In this document: positions 24,654 through 36,821 of the stretch, piece by piece
How the letters are laid out: each line of letters starts with the position of its first letter
How positions within the stretch are numbered: position 1 is the first letter of the stretch
NCBI RefSeq assembly: GCF_964188315.1
Contig: NC_135657.1
Location: 99,448,001-99,512,000 of the forward strand
DNA from: Podarcis muralis
Taxonomy: Eukaryota
Direction: 5' to 3'
DNA: 64,000 bases
Translations under genes and position numbers: made by a program
Notes under the pieces: model-generated
Told to the model about the DNA's origin: nothing
Databases searched by the model: none
Seen by the model: the letters and a program-made list of their open reading frames with translations, nothing else

Positions 24654-24814
24654 TTAGAAATCTGCTGGTCGGATCATCATAGTTGTGGCCTTGAGAGAGT
24701 AGCCTGCGCCTTTCCAGTAGTACCATTTAATTCCTTTAAATTTGTTTGTGTTCTGTCGCAATGGATAGTACAGGCCATTCAGATTGGAAGGACCGCATGC
24801 ATCAAACCACCATC
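24654..24814 (-). CDS. ANGPT2: Angiopoietin-2 last coding exon (exon 9), including TAA stop
   Basis: acAG|GA TGG TGG TTT. WWFDACGPSNLNGLYYPLRQNTNKFKGIKWYYWKGAGYSLKATTMMIRPADF*, the fibrinogen-like receptor-binding C-terminus. Confidence 0.98.
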
Positions 24815-24962
24815 CTGTTTCAAAAAATATAAATGAAAGGGAGTGTGAAAAAATAATAATAGATGCATTGCTTTCAAGTTGTTTATACAGATTCTCAGAT
24901 TTTTTTATAAATCTTAAAATAATCACACGTACACAACATACTAGAATATATGTATATGTGTA

Positions 24963-25562
24963 TTGCCCACTCTGGAAGAATGGCAGATGCAACTGATAGA
25001 CTATATGGAATTGGCAGAAATGACTGGCAGAATCCGAGACCTGGGAGAAGAGCTGGTGGAAGAGGACTGGAAGAAATTTAAAGACTACTTGCAAAAGCAT
25101 TGCAAATTGTATGAATGTTAGAATGATGCGGGATATAAAGATAATATGGTATTAGTGATATAGTTGAAAGGTGTATGTAAAAATGGTCAACAGAACAAAG
25201 GTGAAGTCAGAACAATATTATGTCAAACTTAAACAAAATGAAAAAATGGGGAAAAACTGGAGACATAATAGTGGAAATGTATAATATGAAATAAGATTTG
25301 AAAGAAGGTGAGGTATTGCTGAATAAGATTCTGTAAAAGGGAACACAGAAAAGGGAGATGCGAGGGAGTCTGGAAAGAGGATTATGAGAATAATATCTAA
25401 GAAATTGGTTTTTTTCTTTTTTATGTCTTTTCATGTATTTTTTCTTTGTTTTGTTTTTTATGGGCTTTTCACTGTGTTTTTTTCTGATTTTTGAGTGGTG
25501 TTTTTTTTCTTTTTTCTTACTTTGTATTGTGAAGTTTGTTTTATTGCTTGAAACTTTAATAA

Positions 25563-25614
<52 letters not shown>
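24963..25614 (+). mobile_element. L1-clade LINE 3' end ending in AATAAA and (TA)n
   Basis: PTLEEWQMQLIDYMELAEMTGRIRD..EEDWKKFKDYL* then 3' UTR; AATAAA at 25558-25563; (TA)n about 25570-25614. TSD not resolved. Confidence 0.75.
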
Positions 25615-25619
<5 letters not shown>

Positions 25620-26419
25620 GTATACACCTGACACCTGCTGTTCTAGCTACTCTCATTCTAAGTAAGCTGAACAGGAACTGCTTTATATCAAAGACATATA
25701 TCTTAGTGCACAAGTTCAACATGATGTAGCCCTCTTGGCACTCCTCCTGAGATCCTTGTGCTGGATCAAGTGCTTCAACACACTGGATCAAATTTGATTG
25801 CCCCCTTTTAATTCTCTGCTCAGTCAACTTTTTAAAAGACCCACAAACACAAAAATCCCTGGACCTATTAGCAGGTTTCTTCTCTAGGGGCACCTTTCTT
25901 ATAAACACTGTTGTTATACAAATTGATCCCAAACCATAGGGAATTATTTCAGGCACCCCAGAACCTGAAGCTTGCTTTTGCAAGAAAACCACAGCAGCTA
26001 TCCTTTTCTTATGTGGAAAGTATTCATCCCTTCAGAGGAGGATGCCGTTCCTGCAAATTTTATCCGCTTCTGGGCAACAGAATCCCCTCTGTTGCCATTC
26101 TCTAGGTTTTATAGTTCCTAGATATATCTAAAAATGGTGAGTTTAAAAAATGAGCTGTCCTAGTGGCGCTAGTTACTTTTGCTGGGCCTGCACAGTTATT
26201 TCTAATTGTTATTACTATGCGTAATAGGAGTTGCTGCAGTGTTTACAGAGTGAAGTTCCTGTGGTAGGAACATAAGAACAGCTCTGCTGGATCAGACCAA
26301 AGGCCTATCCAGCTCAATATCCTGTTTCCCACAGTGGCCAACCACTTGCCTATGGGAATCCCACAAGCAGGATATGAGCTTTCCTACTGTTATGCCCCAG
26401 CAAATGGCATTCAGAAGTA

Positions 26420-27134
26420 CCGTATTTTTCACTCTATAGGACGCACTTTTTCCCCTCCAAAAATGAAGGGGAAATGTGTGTGCATCCTATGGAGCGAATG
26501 CAGGGGGAAGGCAGGCAGGAAAAGCCCCCAAAAGCCGCACACAAGCTCGGCGCGGCTCTTGTGGGCTTTTCCTCAGGAGGGACAAGGGACTGACGCGGCC
26601 AGTCAGTCCCTTCTCCCTCCTCATAGAAAAGCCCACAGGAGCTGCGTGCTCCTTAAAGGGTATGCAGCTCCTGTGGGCTTTTGCGGGAGGTGGGGGTATT
26701 GCCATAGCCCCGCGACCCTCTCCCGGCTGGAGAGGTGGCGCGCGGCTATGGCAGCAGCCTCTCCGCTGCGCTTTCCGCTACTCCCCAACCTGCTCTTTGG
26801 GTCTGGAGGTGGGCTTCCCCCCAGCAGCCCCAAAGAGCAGGTCGAAAGGAACCTGAAGCCTGGAGAGCGAGAGGGATCGGTGCGCACCGACCCCCTCTCG
26901 CTCTCCAGGCTTCCAAGGTAGCCGCCTGAAGGTGACTGAATGCACCTTGAACGGCACCTTGTTTTAGAGGGGGGAAACAAGGGGGGGAATTCTCCCCCTC
27001 TCTGCGCAGCACCTCCTGCCACTTCGCTGAAGGGGCGCTGGGCAGAGAGGGGAAGAATTTTTTTTCTTGTTCTCCCCCCTATAAAACAAGGTGTGTCCTT
27101 TTGTCCGGTGCGTCCTATAGAGCGAAAAATACGG
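26420..27134. mobile_element. Non-autonomous Tc1/mariner-superfamily (Tc2/pogo-like) element, 715 bp, GC-rich interior
   Basis: 27-bp TIR CCGTATTTTTC(A/G)CTCTATAGGACGCAC with 1 mismatch; TA TSD (26418-26419 / 27135-27136); inserted into an older CR1-like 3' fragment (about 26267-27160). Confidence 0.88.
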
Positions 27135-28198
27135 TATTTGTCTCTGATCCTGGAGGTATCGGGAGGAATCCAGGAGTTCAAAAACGCTTAGAGCCCAGTA
27201 TGTGCCTGCATAGAGTTAACTGCAGCTGCACCAAGCACGCTGGAACGAAACGCTAAACTATAGAGTTAGGAGAACTAGCCTAGCCTCCTCTGAGCTCATG
27301 CACTCTGCTCTCTTCCCCGTAGCCACAAGGAAGAGGTTTTTTTATTAGTAGTATTAACTGCAGCCGGTCCACATCGGGCAAGACTGCACAAACTGTGGGC
27401 AGTATTAACTATGGTTAGTGGAAACAAGCCAAGCCATAGTTTATTAGGCTGTCTGGTTTTTGCTAACTGTAGTTAAGATTAACCACAATTTAGTGTTCAA
27501 ATGACACCTAAAATGGAAACTGTACCTTTTTTTGAATCTCCTCCTTGCAGAAAGAGAAGATAGGAAGGGGAGCATGTGAGCCCGGTGAGACTAGGTGTAG
27601 TCTTGTAATGATAAACCATGGTTGAGCATTTAGTCCAAATGCAGCCATTATCTAATTCTATGTTGCATCCCAAGGTCCAATTTAGCTATAGGTCACAGTA
27701 CTTTGTACTCAGGTTTCGTCAGTTAACACTGTCATACTAGTATTGTGACATTACACCGGTTCAAAAGGAAGGAAGGAAGTTGATAATTTGACTGTTCGCC
27801 ATTCCCATATTTTCTTCACTTCCTCTGTCTGTCTGCATATCTGACTTGGACAAGCTACATTGCAGATTGCACCCTTGCAGTCATAAAGTCCTAGTGGTTG
27901 TATCGCAGTGTCCCAGGTATTTTGCTGCTGCGATGCAAAACCAGAACTTACTGCTGTTCTGTTGAGCACAGCCCTGGCAACTGAATGTGTCCACTTTTTG
28001 GTTAATCGGTTATGTGCTATTTATTCAAAAGTGAGCATCAAAATGGAAAAATGTGGAAGCCATCAAATTGCAACATTTCGGACTTTTCATGGTTTTGCCC
28101 AGATACCATGGCAAAATCTACTTTTATGGCTCGATTCAGCGCCAGCAGAAATAGGAAGAGTCTGAAAATAGGAAGTGAGCAGAAAATGCTACTCTTAC

Positions 28199-28329
28199 CT
28201 CCTGTTAGCATTTGTGAGCATTTGCAGATGCATTTGTCATTGTCTGCATCCTTTGTGCTAAAACCATTTCCTGGTTGGCTTATGCTGCTTATTTTCCCTG
28301 CCGTCCCCGTAACTCCTTTAAGGTGGATC
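28199..28329 (-). CDS. ANGPT2: Angiopoietin-2 exon 8 (131 bp)
   Basis: tacAG|G ATC CAC ... GGA G|GTaaga. IHLKGVTGTAGKISSISQPGNGFSTKDADNDKCICKCSQMLTG. Confidence 0.98.
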
Positions 28330-30154
28330 CTGTAGAAAAGCAAAATGGGAAACAAACGAATACATGCTGAAGCAATTGTGGTGGTGAAGTCTGTGCTGGA
28401 AAGGAAGCGTTTTCCAAGAAGTATCCTGTTCTGTTCTCCAGTTAATGATCTACTATGTGTCTTTTGCACACAGTATGCCAGGAACTTCTTGTCAACAAAA
28501 TGTGTTGTTCTGGAAGAGAAATAGCCTTGTTTGCTCCTGAACTGTTGTACTAGATTAGCAAAAACAACAAAGAGGTTTGAATAGATATTAACTGTGACTG
28601 AATTACAGTCCAGAGCCTTCTGGAAGGACCACAGGTTCTCTGCTCGCGATCTAAAGCCAAAGAAAGTGTTTTTCCCTCTTCAAAATATAATTTTTGTATG
28701 CAAATTCACATTGATGGAATTGCTTGACCTGTTGAAACATACAGTTCTTCAGCTGGGATATAACACTAGTGCTCTGGTGTTTTGGCACAGAAAGTATTCT
28801 TCCTTGCAGGTCCAAGTTGGAATTAGAAAGCTTACAATTTATATTCCTGCAAGAAGTGGTCTTATTTTTCAAAAGTTCTCAGCCCCCCACTGCTTCTCTT
28901 AAGATTCTGAGAGAAAGAGACTGTTCAAGCCAATTGCTATATAACAGAGTCTATTTTTTATGCTAGCATTTATAAACATTTAAGACGTTATTCAGAAAGG
29001 AGTCTGATCTCTCTCAGGAGCAATACAGAGAACCTGAAGGGGATGTATCCAAAGTTTGATAATTCAGTCTCATTGCCCTGATGAAGTGAAGGCCTTTGAC
29101 ATTTTCCTACTTGTCATTTGAAAATGTCTGTGAGTGCAAGCCAGCAAATGGCTACAGATATATAACGTGGGAACATCGCCTCAGATTCAGCACTGAGCAT
29201 TCAGATGACATACATCTGAAGCCATTTTCTGGCAACCATTCCACCTGTGTGTTTGAAAACATTTAATGTCTGACAAAGCCAGATCTACCAAATGCTTCCT
29301 GTATCATCATGGCTTATAGGTACAATACACCGAGCTTTAGAATATCTATGCACAACATATAATGACTGATGCTTGAACAACAGCAGTCAGTGAGGTCCGG
29401 ATCAAGTCTCTCCATCTCCCAGTCAAGATTTACATATTTTCTTTTGGGGAAAGTGTACACAGCTGAAATCACTAGACATGTAACTCTTGGTGGTACATGC
29501 AGCCTTTTTCAGGCTATATGGATCATGTTCAGTGGATGGCTAGGGGAGACTGTCATTGCTAGTTTATGTTGGATTCCCTCAGCAGCTGCCATTTTATTTA
29601 ATCTATATCAGTGTTTATTTTGGCTTTTTCTCAGCTGCTTTGCATTTCAAAGTTTTCAAAATGATAAGCAGAAACTGCTTTCAAGTAGTGTTGCTATATA
29701 GCTTCACCGTCAGGTTGACTATCAAAATAATCTATGTTTCGTAAGTGAAACATGTTTTCAAACACTACGTTTTGTGGCTCAAAAACTTGGTTGCATTTCA
29801 AAAGGACCTATATTTGCAGACAGCTATCTTGTTCTGTAGAAATTGCTTTTTAATAATGTAAATGGACAAGGGCAATGACCCATTTTGCAAAAGTTACCTT
29901 TATAAAGATTATATTGCCTTGATTTTAAAAAAAAAAATCCCTGCTGTAGAGCCTAACTATTTTCAGATGAGGAAATATTTACGTTGGCGAGTCAGAATGA
30001 TATTTTGCTTCCTTATGAAGAAGAAACAAAAGCTTTCTTTAGGATATTGCTGTGACCCACAGAATGCTTAAGTGGGCTGTAGCTAAGTAAAAACTAATGT
30101 CCTTGCTAGTAAATCTTTCTTTGTACTTCGTTTTTTAATATAAGCAGAGCCCTG

Positions 30155-31015
30155 CAGACTCTAGTCTGTCCAGCCCAGCACCCTGTTCTCAGTGTGCCCA
30201 GTCAGATGCCCTTGGGAAGCCTACATGCAAAGACATGAGCACAACGGCACTCTTCACAATTGTGCTGCCCAGCAACTGGCATTCAGAGGACATAGACCTC
30301 ATATCTAGTAGCCACTCATAGTCTTACACCACAAATTTGTTGCTGGAACAGCTCTTGGGTTGGGGCAACTGGATAATATGTTTTAAACGGTTCTAATTTT
30401 GCTTCCTCTGTTTTGTTTTTGTTGGGTTGGTGTTGGTTAAATGTTTAGTTGGGGTTGGCAGTGACTTTAATTTGGGCATAACTGTAAACTGTTTATTGTT
30501 ATTGTTGTTTTTAGTTTCTTTTGATTTATTGGTTTGTTTGTTGCTCATATAGGATATTTTGTTTTTTAATGTTTTATGTTTTGTTGTGTTTTTATATGTG
30601 TTGTAAGCTGCCCAGAGTGGCTGGGGAAACCCAGTCAGATGGGAGGGATATAAATTAAATTATTATTATTATTATTATTCATTTTTAAAGCCATCCATGT
30701 TGGTGGCCATCACTACATATGATGGATGCAAACTCCATCGTTTAACTCTGCTTTCTTTTATCTGTCCTGGCTCTTCCACTATTCAGCTCCATTGAATGAC
30801 CTCAGGTTCTAGTTTTATAAGAGGGAAAACCTCTTGCTATCCAATTTCTCTACACTTAATCTATCGTGTCCTTTTCTTCTTTTTTTCTTAAAACAAAATG
30901 GCCCAAATGTTGTAGCCTTTCCTCATAGAGGAGTCTCCCTAGCACCTTAATCATGTTGGTTCCCCTTTCTTGATCCTTTTCCAACTCTAAAACATCCCTT
31001 TTGAGGTGCAACGAA
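30155..31015 (-). mobile_element. Old CR1-like LINE remnant (interrupted)
   Basis: Degenerate CR1-type motifs (TTTTAAAGCCATCCATGTTGGTGGCCATCACTAC, GCCTTTCCTCATAG, CCTTTTCCAACTCT). Boundaries approximate. Confidence 0.6.
30565..30679 (+). mobile_element. L2 extreme 3' end, lying inside a CR1 remnant
   Basis: CCCAGAGTGGCTGGGGAAACCCAGTCAGATGGG plus (TTA)n. Confidence 0.75.
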
Positions 31016-31536
31016 TATTATAGAATGGTACATACTGTATGTACAATAAATTACCATGAATTCTTCATTGACTGTCAGAGCTAGTAAGGCAAAGGAAAAG
31101 ATCCTATGGTGATCTGTACTCAGTGACTGATGCCCAAACAAGGTGTATCTTTTTCCCAAACTGGGAAGGCTTTGAGTTTCAGTGGAGGAATTGCTTGACG
31201 CTTCCTCCTGCCCATTTCTCCACTCAAAATGCCCCCTCGGCAGGTGATTTTCCACCCACAGGGGAAAAGGCATCCTTCTATCTTCAAAACAATAAAAAGG
31301 AGCTTAGGGTTGCAATCCTATACATGCATACTGGGGAGTAATTTCTGTTGAAAACAGGGCTTACATCAGAAAGGCCATGTGTATAGGATTCTGCTGCATA
31401 TTGCATTTCACCATTTCCCATTATCTTTCAAGTCAATATATTGGTTCCTTGTCAAATGGTTATAACATTAAAAAAACAAAGTAGCAATTAAGTTTATAGA
31501 CGAGCAATGGTCTAGCTCTTTTCAGCGTTGACTTAC

Positions 31537-31703
31537 CTGTATTTTAGTTCTTCGTTTGCAAGATAGAAATGTTCATATAAGGAATATGCCTCATTTGCTT
31601 CCCAGTCCTTCAACTGTATTCTAAGAACATACTGCTTCTGATTGGTTAGTTGGGAAACTAACTCATTGCCCAGCCAGTACTCCCCAGAAGGATTCCCAAA
31701 TCC
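31537..31703 (-). CDS. ANGPT2: Angiopoietin-2 exon 7 (167 bp)
   Basis: tacAG|GGA TTT GGG ... TAC AG|GTaagt. GFGNPSGEYWLGNELVSQLTNQKQYVLRIQLKDWEANEAYSLYEHFYLANEELKY. Confidence 0.98.
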
Positions 31704-32343
31704 CTGTAATCCAAATTGGACATTTTAACTGTATTAGTTTTGTTTGACTCTGAAGTCAGCAGGTCACGCCATCCCAAAAAATAAAATGTTACGGTTGTCA
31801 ATCTGTCATCACATAAAACACTTCGCAATGCCAAAATTTCTGGGTCTTTCTATTTTTTTGAAAAGTAGATTTCAACAAACATAAACTTAGGAGTCTGGAA
31901 ACAAAATGGAACTTTGTTCTTGCTAACTGTGGGGCAAAATGCCAGTGGAAATATCCATTAATTTTTTTAAAAAAACCCCACCATAAATTAAACATCACCG
32001 TGTTAATAGCCAATGTGTGGGCTAAAAAATCCTTTTTAAAACACAGATGCCTCTCATGCAGTAACATAAGGCAGGTAAGATTGCTCTAGTTTCACCCGAA
32101 GAAAAGGCCTTATTACATAGATCTAAGTTTTATAATTCATGTTAAACATCCAGAGCTTAGCTACTGGGCCTATGGTTTGCCTGTAGAAGACCCTAGTCTC
32201 ATCCTCCTGCCTTCTCTGGCTAAAAGGAACTTAGGTCCAGAGCTATGAAAGATCTTATAACCTCCAATTGTGTGGGTGACCTCAGTTATAATCAAAGCTA
32301 TTCAGAAGTTAAATTGTTCAAGATTATGGCAGTTCTGCCTTAC

Positions 32344-32445
32344 CGCTTTGTACTCCGCCCACGTCCGGTCAAAGTCAACTTTGCCGTCTGAGCGTCGCTG
32401 AATAATCGTCCAACCTCCTCCGCTGGTCTCCATATCACAGTATGT
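32344..32445 (-). CDS. ANGPT2: Angiopoietin-2 exon 6 (102 bp)
   Basis: gacAG|ACA TAC TGT ... AAA GCG|GTaagg. [34 protein letters not shown]. Confidence 0.97.
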
Positions 32446-32978
32446 CTGTCAGTACATACAAACATTGAAATTACTCACATTTCATTTGATTCATTCTATC
32501 TGATAGAAATTCTGGCAAAAAAAGCATTACTGTAAATGGGAGGAGGGAATAGGAAGACACTTACTCGCTCATTTCCATAGCATTTTTGTTGTTGTTGTAT
32601 TAATAGCTTTTACTCCAACTTTTATTCCAAAGAGCTCAAGGTGGCGCATACATGGTTCTTCCCCCTCATCCTTTAATCCTCACAACCACCCTGTGAGGTA
32701 GGCTAGGCTGAGAGTCCCCGGTGAACTTCTATAACTAAAATGAGCTGCTTGCTATGCAAACGTTTTTACCTTAATCCAGCAAGATAGATAACAAGTATGA
32801 ACTCAAGGATGCTGTGGAGGGAGAAAAACTGCCCTGAGCATGCAGGGGACAAGTCCAAAGTGCTCCTGCACTAGTTGTACACAAATAAACGGTCCCTGTC
32901 GTATCAATCGTTCATTTGAAAGTTGAAGGGGAAGTGTTGCTTTCTACTTGCCGCCATTACTGGCAAGTAGAAAGCAAG

Positions 32979-33417
32979 CAGTAGTGATGTATGGAAGTGA
33001 GAGCTGGACCATAAAGAAAGCTGATCGCCGAAGAATTGATGCTTTTGAATTATGGTGCTGGAGGAGACTCTTGAGAGTCCCATGGACTGCAAGAAGATCA
33101 AACCTCTCCATTCTGAAGGAAATCAGCCCTGAGTGCTCACTGGAAGGACAGATCCTGAAGCTAAGGCTGCAATACTTTGGCCACCTCATGAGAAGAGACA
33201 ACTCCCTGGAAAAGACCCTGATGTTGGGAAAGATTGAGGGCACAAGGAGAAGGGGATGACAGAGGACGAGATGGTTGGACAGTGTTCTTGAAGCTACCAG
33301 CATGAGTTTGACCAAACTGCGGGAGGCAGTGGAAGACAGGAGTGCCTGGCGTGCTCTGGTCTATGGGTCACGAAGAGTCGGACATGACTAAACGACTAAA
33401 CAACAACAACAACAACA
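32979..33417 (+). mobile_element. RTE-BovB LINE, 5'-truncated 3' end
   Basis: Same family as 16271; (CAA)n tail; 14-bp TSD ACTTGCCGCCATTA (32946-32959 / 33418-33431). Confidence 0.93.
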
Positions 33418-33488
33418 ACTTGCCGCCATTATTTTCCTTATTGGTCTCCATTATTGCCCTTAAAACTGCCTATGCTAACCATCTAGTC

Positions 33489-33624
33489 CAGGCATAGGCA
33501 AACTTGGCTCTCCAGATGTTTTGGGACTACAATTCCCATCATCCCAGACCGCTGGTCCTGTTAGCTAGGGGTGATGGGAGTTGCAGTCCCAAAACATCTG
33601 GAGGGCCGAGTTTGCCTATGCCTG
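33489..33624. mobile_element. 136-bp hAT MITE
   Basis: TIR CAGGCATAGGCAAACT / AGTTTGCCTATGCCTG; TSD ATCTAGTC. Confidence 0.88.
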
Positions 33625-34699
33625 ATCTAGTCTGATGCAGAGGTTTCATGAAACTTAGAGATTCATGAATTCACAGAGGCCTCTCCAACAGATAGGCAAA
33701 GGAAACTTGTTGCTGCACTACAATTCCTATCCTACCTGTCCATTAGCTTTGTTGGCTGAGGCTGATGGGAGTTGGCATCTGTAGGGCTGCAGATTGTGTT
33801 GCAATGAAACCATATTCCTGAAATGGTTAAAATGTTAGCTAAAGTCTCCTTCCATCAGATCCTGTATTTTGCTGCCAATTTTGGTTTCCAAAACACTTCT
33901 GTTTTCGTTTTGTTTTTGAAGGCCTTTCTTTGTTGCTCTGGGGGAGACCTACATAAAGCTGAAAACTAAGGAGCATTATTAATGGACAGAAGCCCATATA
34001 ATTAAGGATTGGATTAGGTAGATCGTGGTAGATGGAATGCATCCCCTTCAAAAATGCATGACTAATTCTAGTTCAGGAGGTTATTTACTATGGCCCTTCA
34101 GTTTCCTCAACAGAATTGGTTTGAACGTTTCGGCTACTAAAAGGCGTAATTTAGTATTTAAAAGGGCAAGGGTTTTCCAAATGGGTGTTGCACTGAAAGA
34201 GTAAACAACCATAGGATTCACAAAATCATTGAAGTGCACAGAGAACATTTTGGCAACAGAATGTATAGAATTTCCATGAAACGGGAGGCCAAAGTTAGAA
34301 TCTAAAGAACCACGTGCTCAATGGGATTTTGGCTATGTGCTTTTCAAACAGTAGCCCTCCCTGGCACCAAGCAAAGAGTTTTTGAAACTTCTGCTGTTTG
34401 TGGTGTGGCATGATGGTGTGATATTTCTTTGGGGTCCCACTAACCTGCCTCAAGCTATTTTTCAGTTGCATGTAGTAGGTAAATATAATATGGCCCTCTT
34501 AAATGATTATTGTTTCTTAAGATAGGGGAGAAATGAGATCACTTCTAACAACAGTACAGTGGTTTTTTGCCTTGTCAGTTTTTAGCATGTCAGTTTTACA
34601 CTGTGCTTTCCAATGAAAGCTTGCAGGGGGGAAAACAAGCCCAGTAAAATACATTGTGCAGCAGTGTTTATAAGTCTCTTGAGAATTTAGAGTCAGCAT

Positions 34700-34753
34700 C
34701 GAGAGGAAAAAGATCAAAACAGAATAAACGCCGAGAGGAAAAAGATCAAAACA
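34700..34753. repeat. 22-bp direct repeat with period 32
   Basis: CGAGAGGAAAAAGATCAAAACA at 34700 and 34732. Confidence 0.9.
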
Positions 34754-35479
34754 CAAACAGCCAGAGTCTAACAAATGAAAGGCAATTCTGTGTCACCGCT
34801 CACAAAGTAAGTAAAATAACATCAATAACCTCTGAAATAAATGGCAGTTTGAGATAATAATTTGGACATCTATCCCAGCCTACAAAAATGTCACCCATAT
34901 TTTCTCTATTGATGTAATGGTAGCAATTCTGCAGCTTCCATATGCAGTGATACCCACCAGGACTGCTTCTGCAAAACTTCAATTTCCAAGGGGTGCTATA
35001 GGTGGCTCCATGTAAACTGCACTGAAATGAATGAAGGCAGTGCAATAATAGTGTTTGATGGATTGCACTCCTAAGGCTGTGATAATCCATTAAACTACTT
35101 CTGCAAATAAGAGTCAGTATGATGAAGTCTAAACACTATAATCATTGTATTCTATGTAGCAGGTCTGGGAATAAAAATAGCATCATCAATCATACTGCCT
35201 AATTACTGGCCTAACAATGACCCTGATTTTGGGTGGGTGTTTTGTTTTGCTTTTTTAAAAAAGAGCTCTTTACAGAAACATAGTAAAACAGTGGTATGCA
35301 GAAACCTGACGATTACTTGAAATATGTAGAGCTGACATGTTCCACCACAAGCCTGTTGACTGACGTGTAAGATACTGAGAAGGCTATTGAAGTCACTTAC
35401 AAAACTGAGCAGATATCCAAGTGCAGAATATTGAAACTGCAGTGCTAAAAGTGGTTTATGTTTGACGCAGTGAGAGCCA

Positions 35480-35762
35480 ATGTGGACCAGATGTTTCTAG
35501 TGTACTGTCCACCCAACTGCTCTACAATCTCCCTGACCAAGCTGGCAGAGGTAGGTTCAGCGTTGGGGTTGGAGAACCCTTTCACAGTGTTGTTGAGGGT
35601 GGGGGAGGCATCTATATCCATACCAAAACTGCCTCAAATGGGTCATCTCAGGACTTCATGGCCTCCACGATAGCTATGCGGCTTTTTCAATACATCAGTG
35701 GTCCAATACATGTAACTGGTCATACCCTCAACCTCGTCTTTGCCACAGAGCAGAATGGAAAT
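35480..35762 (+). mobile_element. L2-like endonuclease-domain fragment (degenerate)
   Basis: Pieces LVYCPP..SLTKLAEV..LGLE and QDFMAS...ISGPIHVTGHTLNLVF resemble the APE endonuclease of L2. Confidence 0.65.
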
Positions 35763-35801
35763 ACTCTGTTGATTCTGTGTGTGTTCACTATGAATCCATT
35801 G

Positions 35802-36070
35802 TCATCATCATCATCATTTTATTATTTGTACTCTGCCCATCTGACTCAGTTGCCCCAGCCACGCTAAGCAGCTTCCAACAGATATAAAAAAAATCAAACG
35901 TTATGTTTGATGCCTTTGCATGTCTTCTAAAAGTTGTATAGTTATCTCCTTGAAATCTGATGGGAAGGTGTTCCACAGGGCGGGCACCACTACCGAGAAG
36001 GCCCTCTGCCTGGTTCCCTGTGGCTTCACTTCTTGCAGTGAGGGTACTGCCAGAAGGCCCTCAGACAGAC
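35802..36070 (-). mobile_element. L2 3' end
   Basis: Reverse complement of the 5636 family 3' end (QGTRQRAFSVVVPALWN). Confidence 0.8.
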
Positions 36071-36653
36071 CACTCTCTGGTATGGTTTGGGCTAAATCTT
36101 CAAGTATGTGGGACCCAGTCTGCTTTTGAAGACTGCTGGTATCTGACAGATTCCTGAATGCTCTGGGGGATTTTCCGGCTGACATGTCTGGCACTCCTGT
36201 CAAGACTCTTGTTTCACTATGAAATGGTGAGGTGCATAAAGCTATTGAGGGAGTATTTCCCCTTCCCATGTTTTCTTAATTTGTTTGTTCCTCAGCTTCT
36301 TGGCCTCCTTCAGTGTATGAATGTGGTTGTGTTGAGAATTTGCAGAAGGCGTGGGGCCATTAATCTAGCTACTGAAGAACAATTAGATGGGGACAACTAT
36401 ACATCATAATGGTCAACAAAGTTTGCAACTGGACAGTCTCCAGACTGTTGATCTACATAAGGATGGACACGGAAAGCATTCTTAGCACTCTTTCATAAGA
36501 CTGTACTGCTGTTGTTGCATTTTCCTTTTCTAAGTTGGAAAGCGGAGTTTCATGTCGAGCTTAAAAGTACTTAAAACTGACACAATGATATTTTTAAAAA
36601 TATATTGAAGCAGGATCTGATCCTGCCTAAATTTAATCAAGAGAATGTTTTAC

Positions 36654-36784
36654 CTTTTTCGCATCTCCTGTGTTTGGCACTGTTAATGTGTAGACGCCAC
36701 TGGTTGTCAGTCCTGCTTTGAATGCATCAGCACAGTCCTTGAAAGTGATGTGTTCTCCTCCAGTCTCCAGAGCATTATTGGATG
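36654..36784 (-). CDS. ANGPT2: Angiopoietin-2 exon 5 (131 bp)
   Basis: tccAG|CA TCC AAT ... AAA AAG|GTaaaa. SNNALETGGEHITFKDCADAFKAGLTTSGVYTLTVPNTGDAKK. Confidence 0.95.
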
Positions 36785-36821
36785 CTGGAAAGCAAGTACA
36801 CGTATTAAGCATATAACATAA

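Noticed and set aside
24815-25100. N-terminal extension of the 148-aa ORF 24654..25100
   Set aside because: It lies upstream of the CAG acceptor at 24815-24817 and runs through intron and antisense L1 sequence.
26334-27191. ORFs of up to 195 aa over the hairpin MITE
   Set aside because: No recognisable protein or transposase motif; explained by GC content and palindromes.
35480-36070. L2 endonuclease fragment (+) next to an L2 3' end (-) as a possible twin-priming inversion
   Set aside because: The inverted piece lies beyond the 3' tail rather than at the 5' end, so two independent fragments are more likely.
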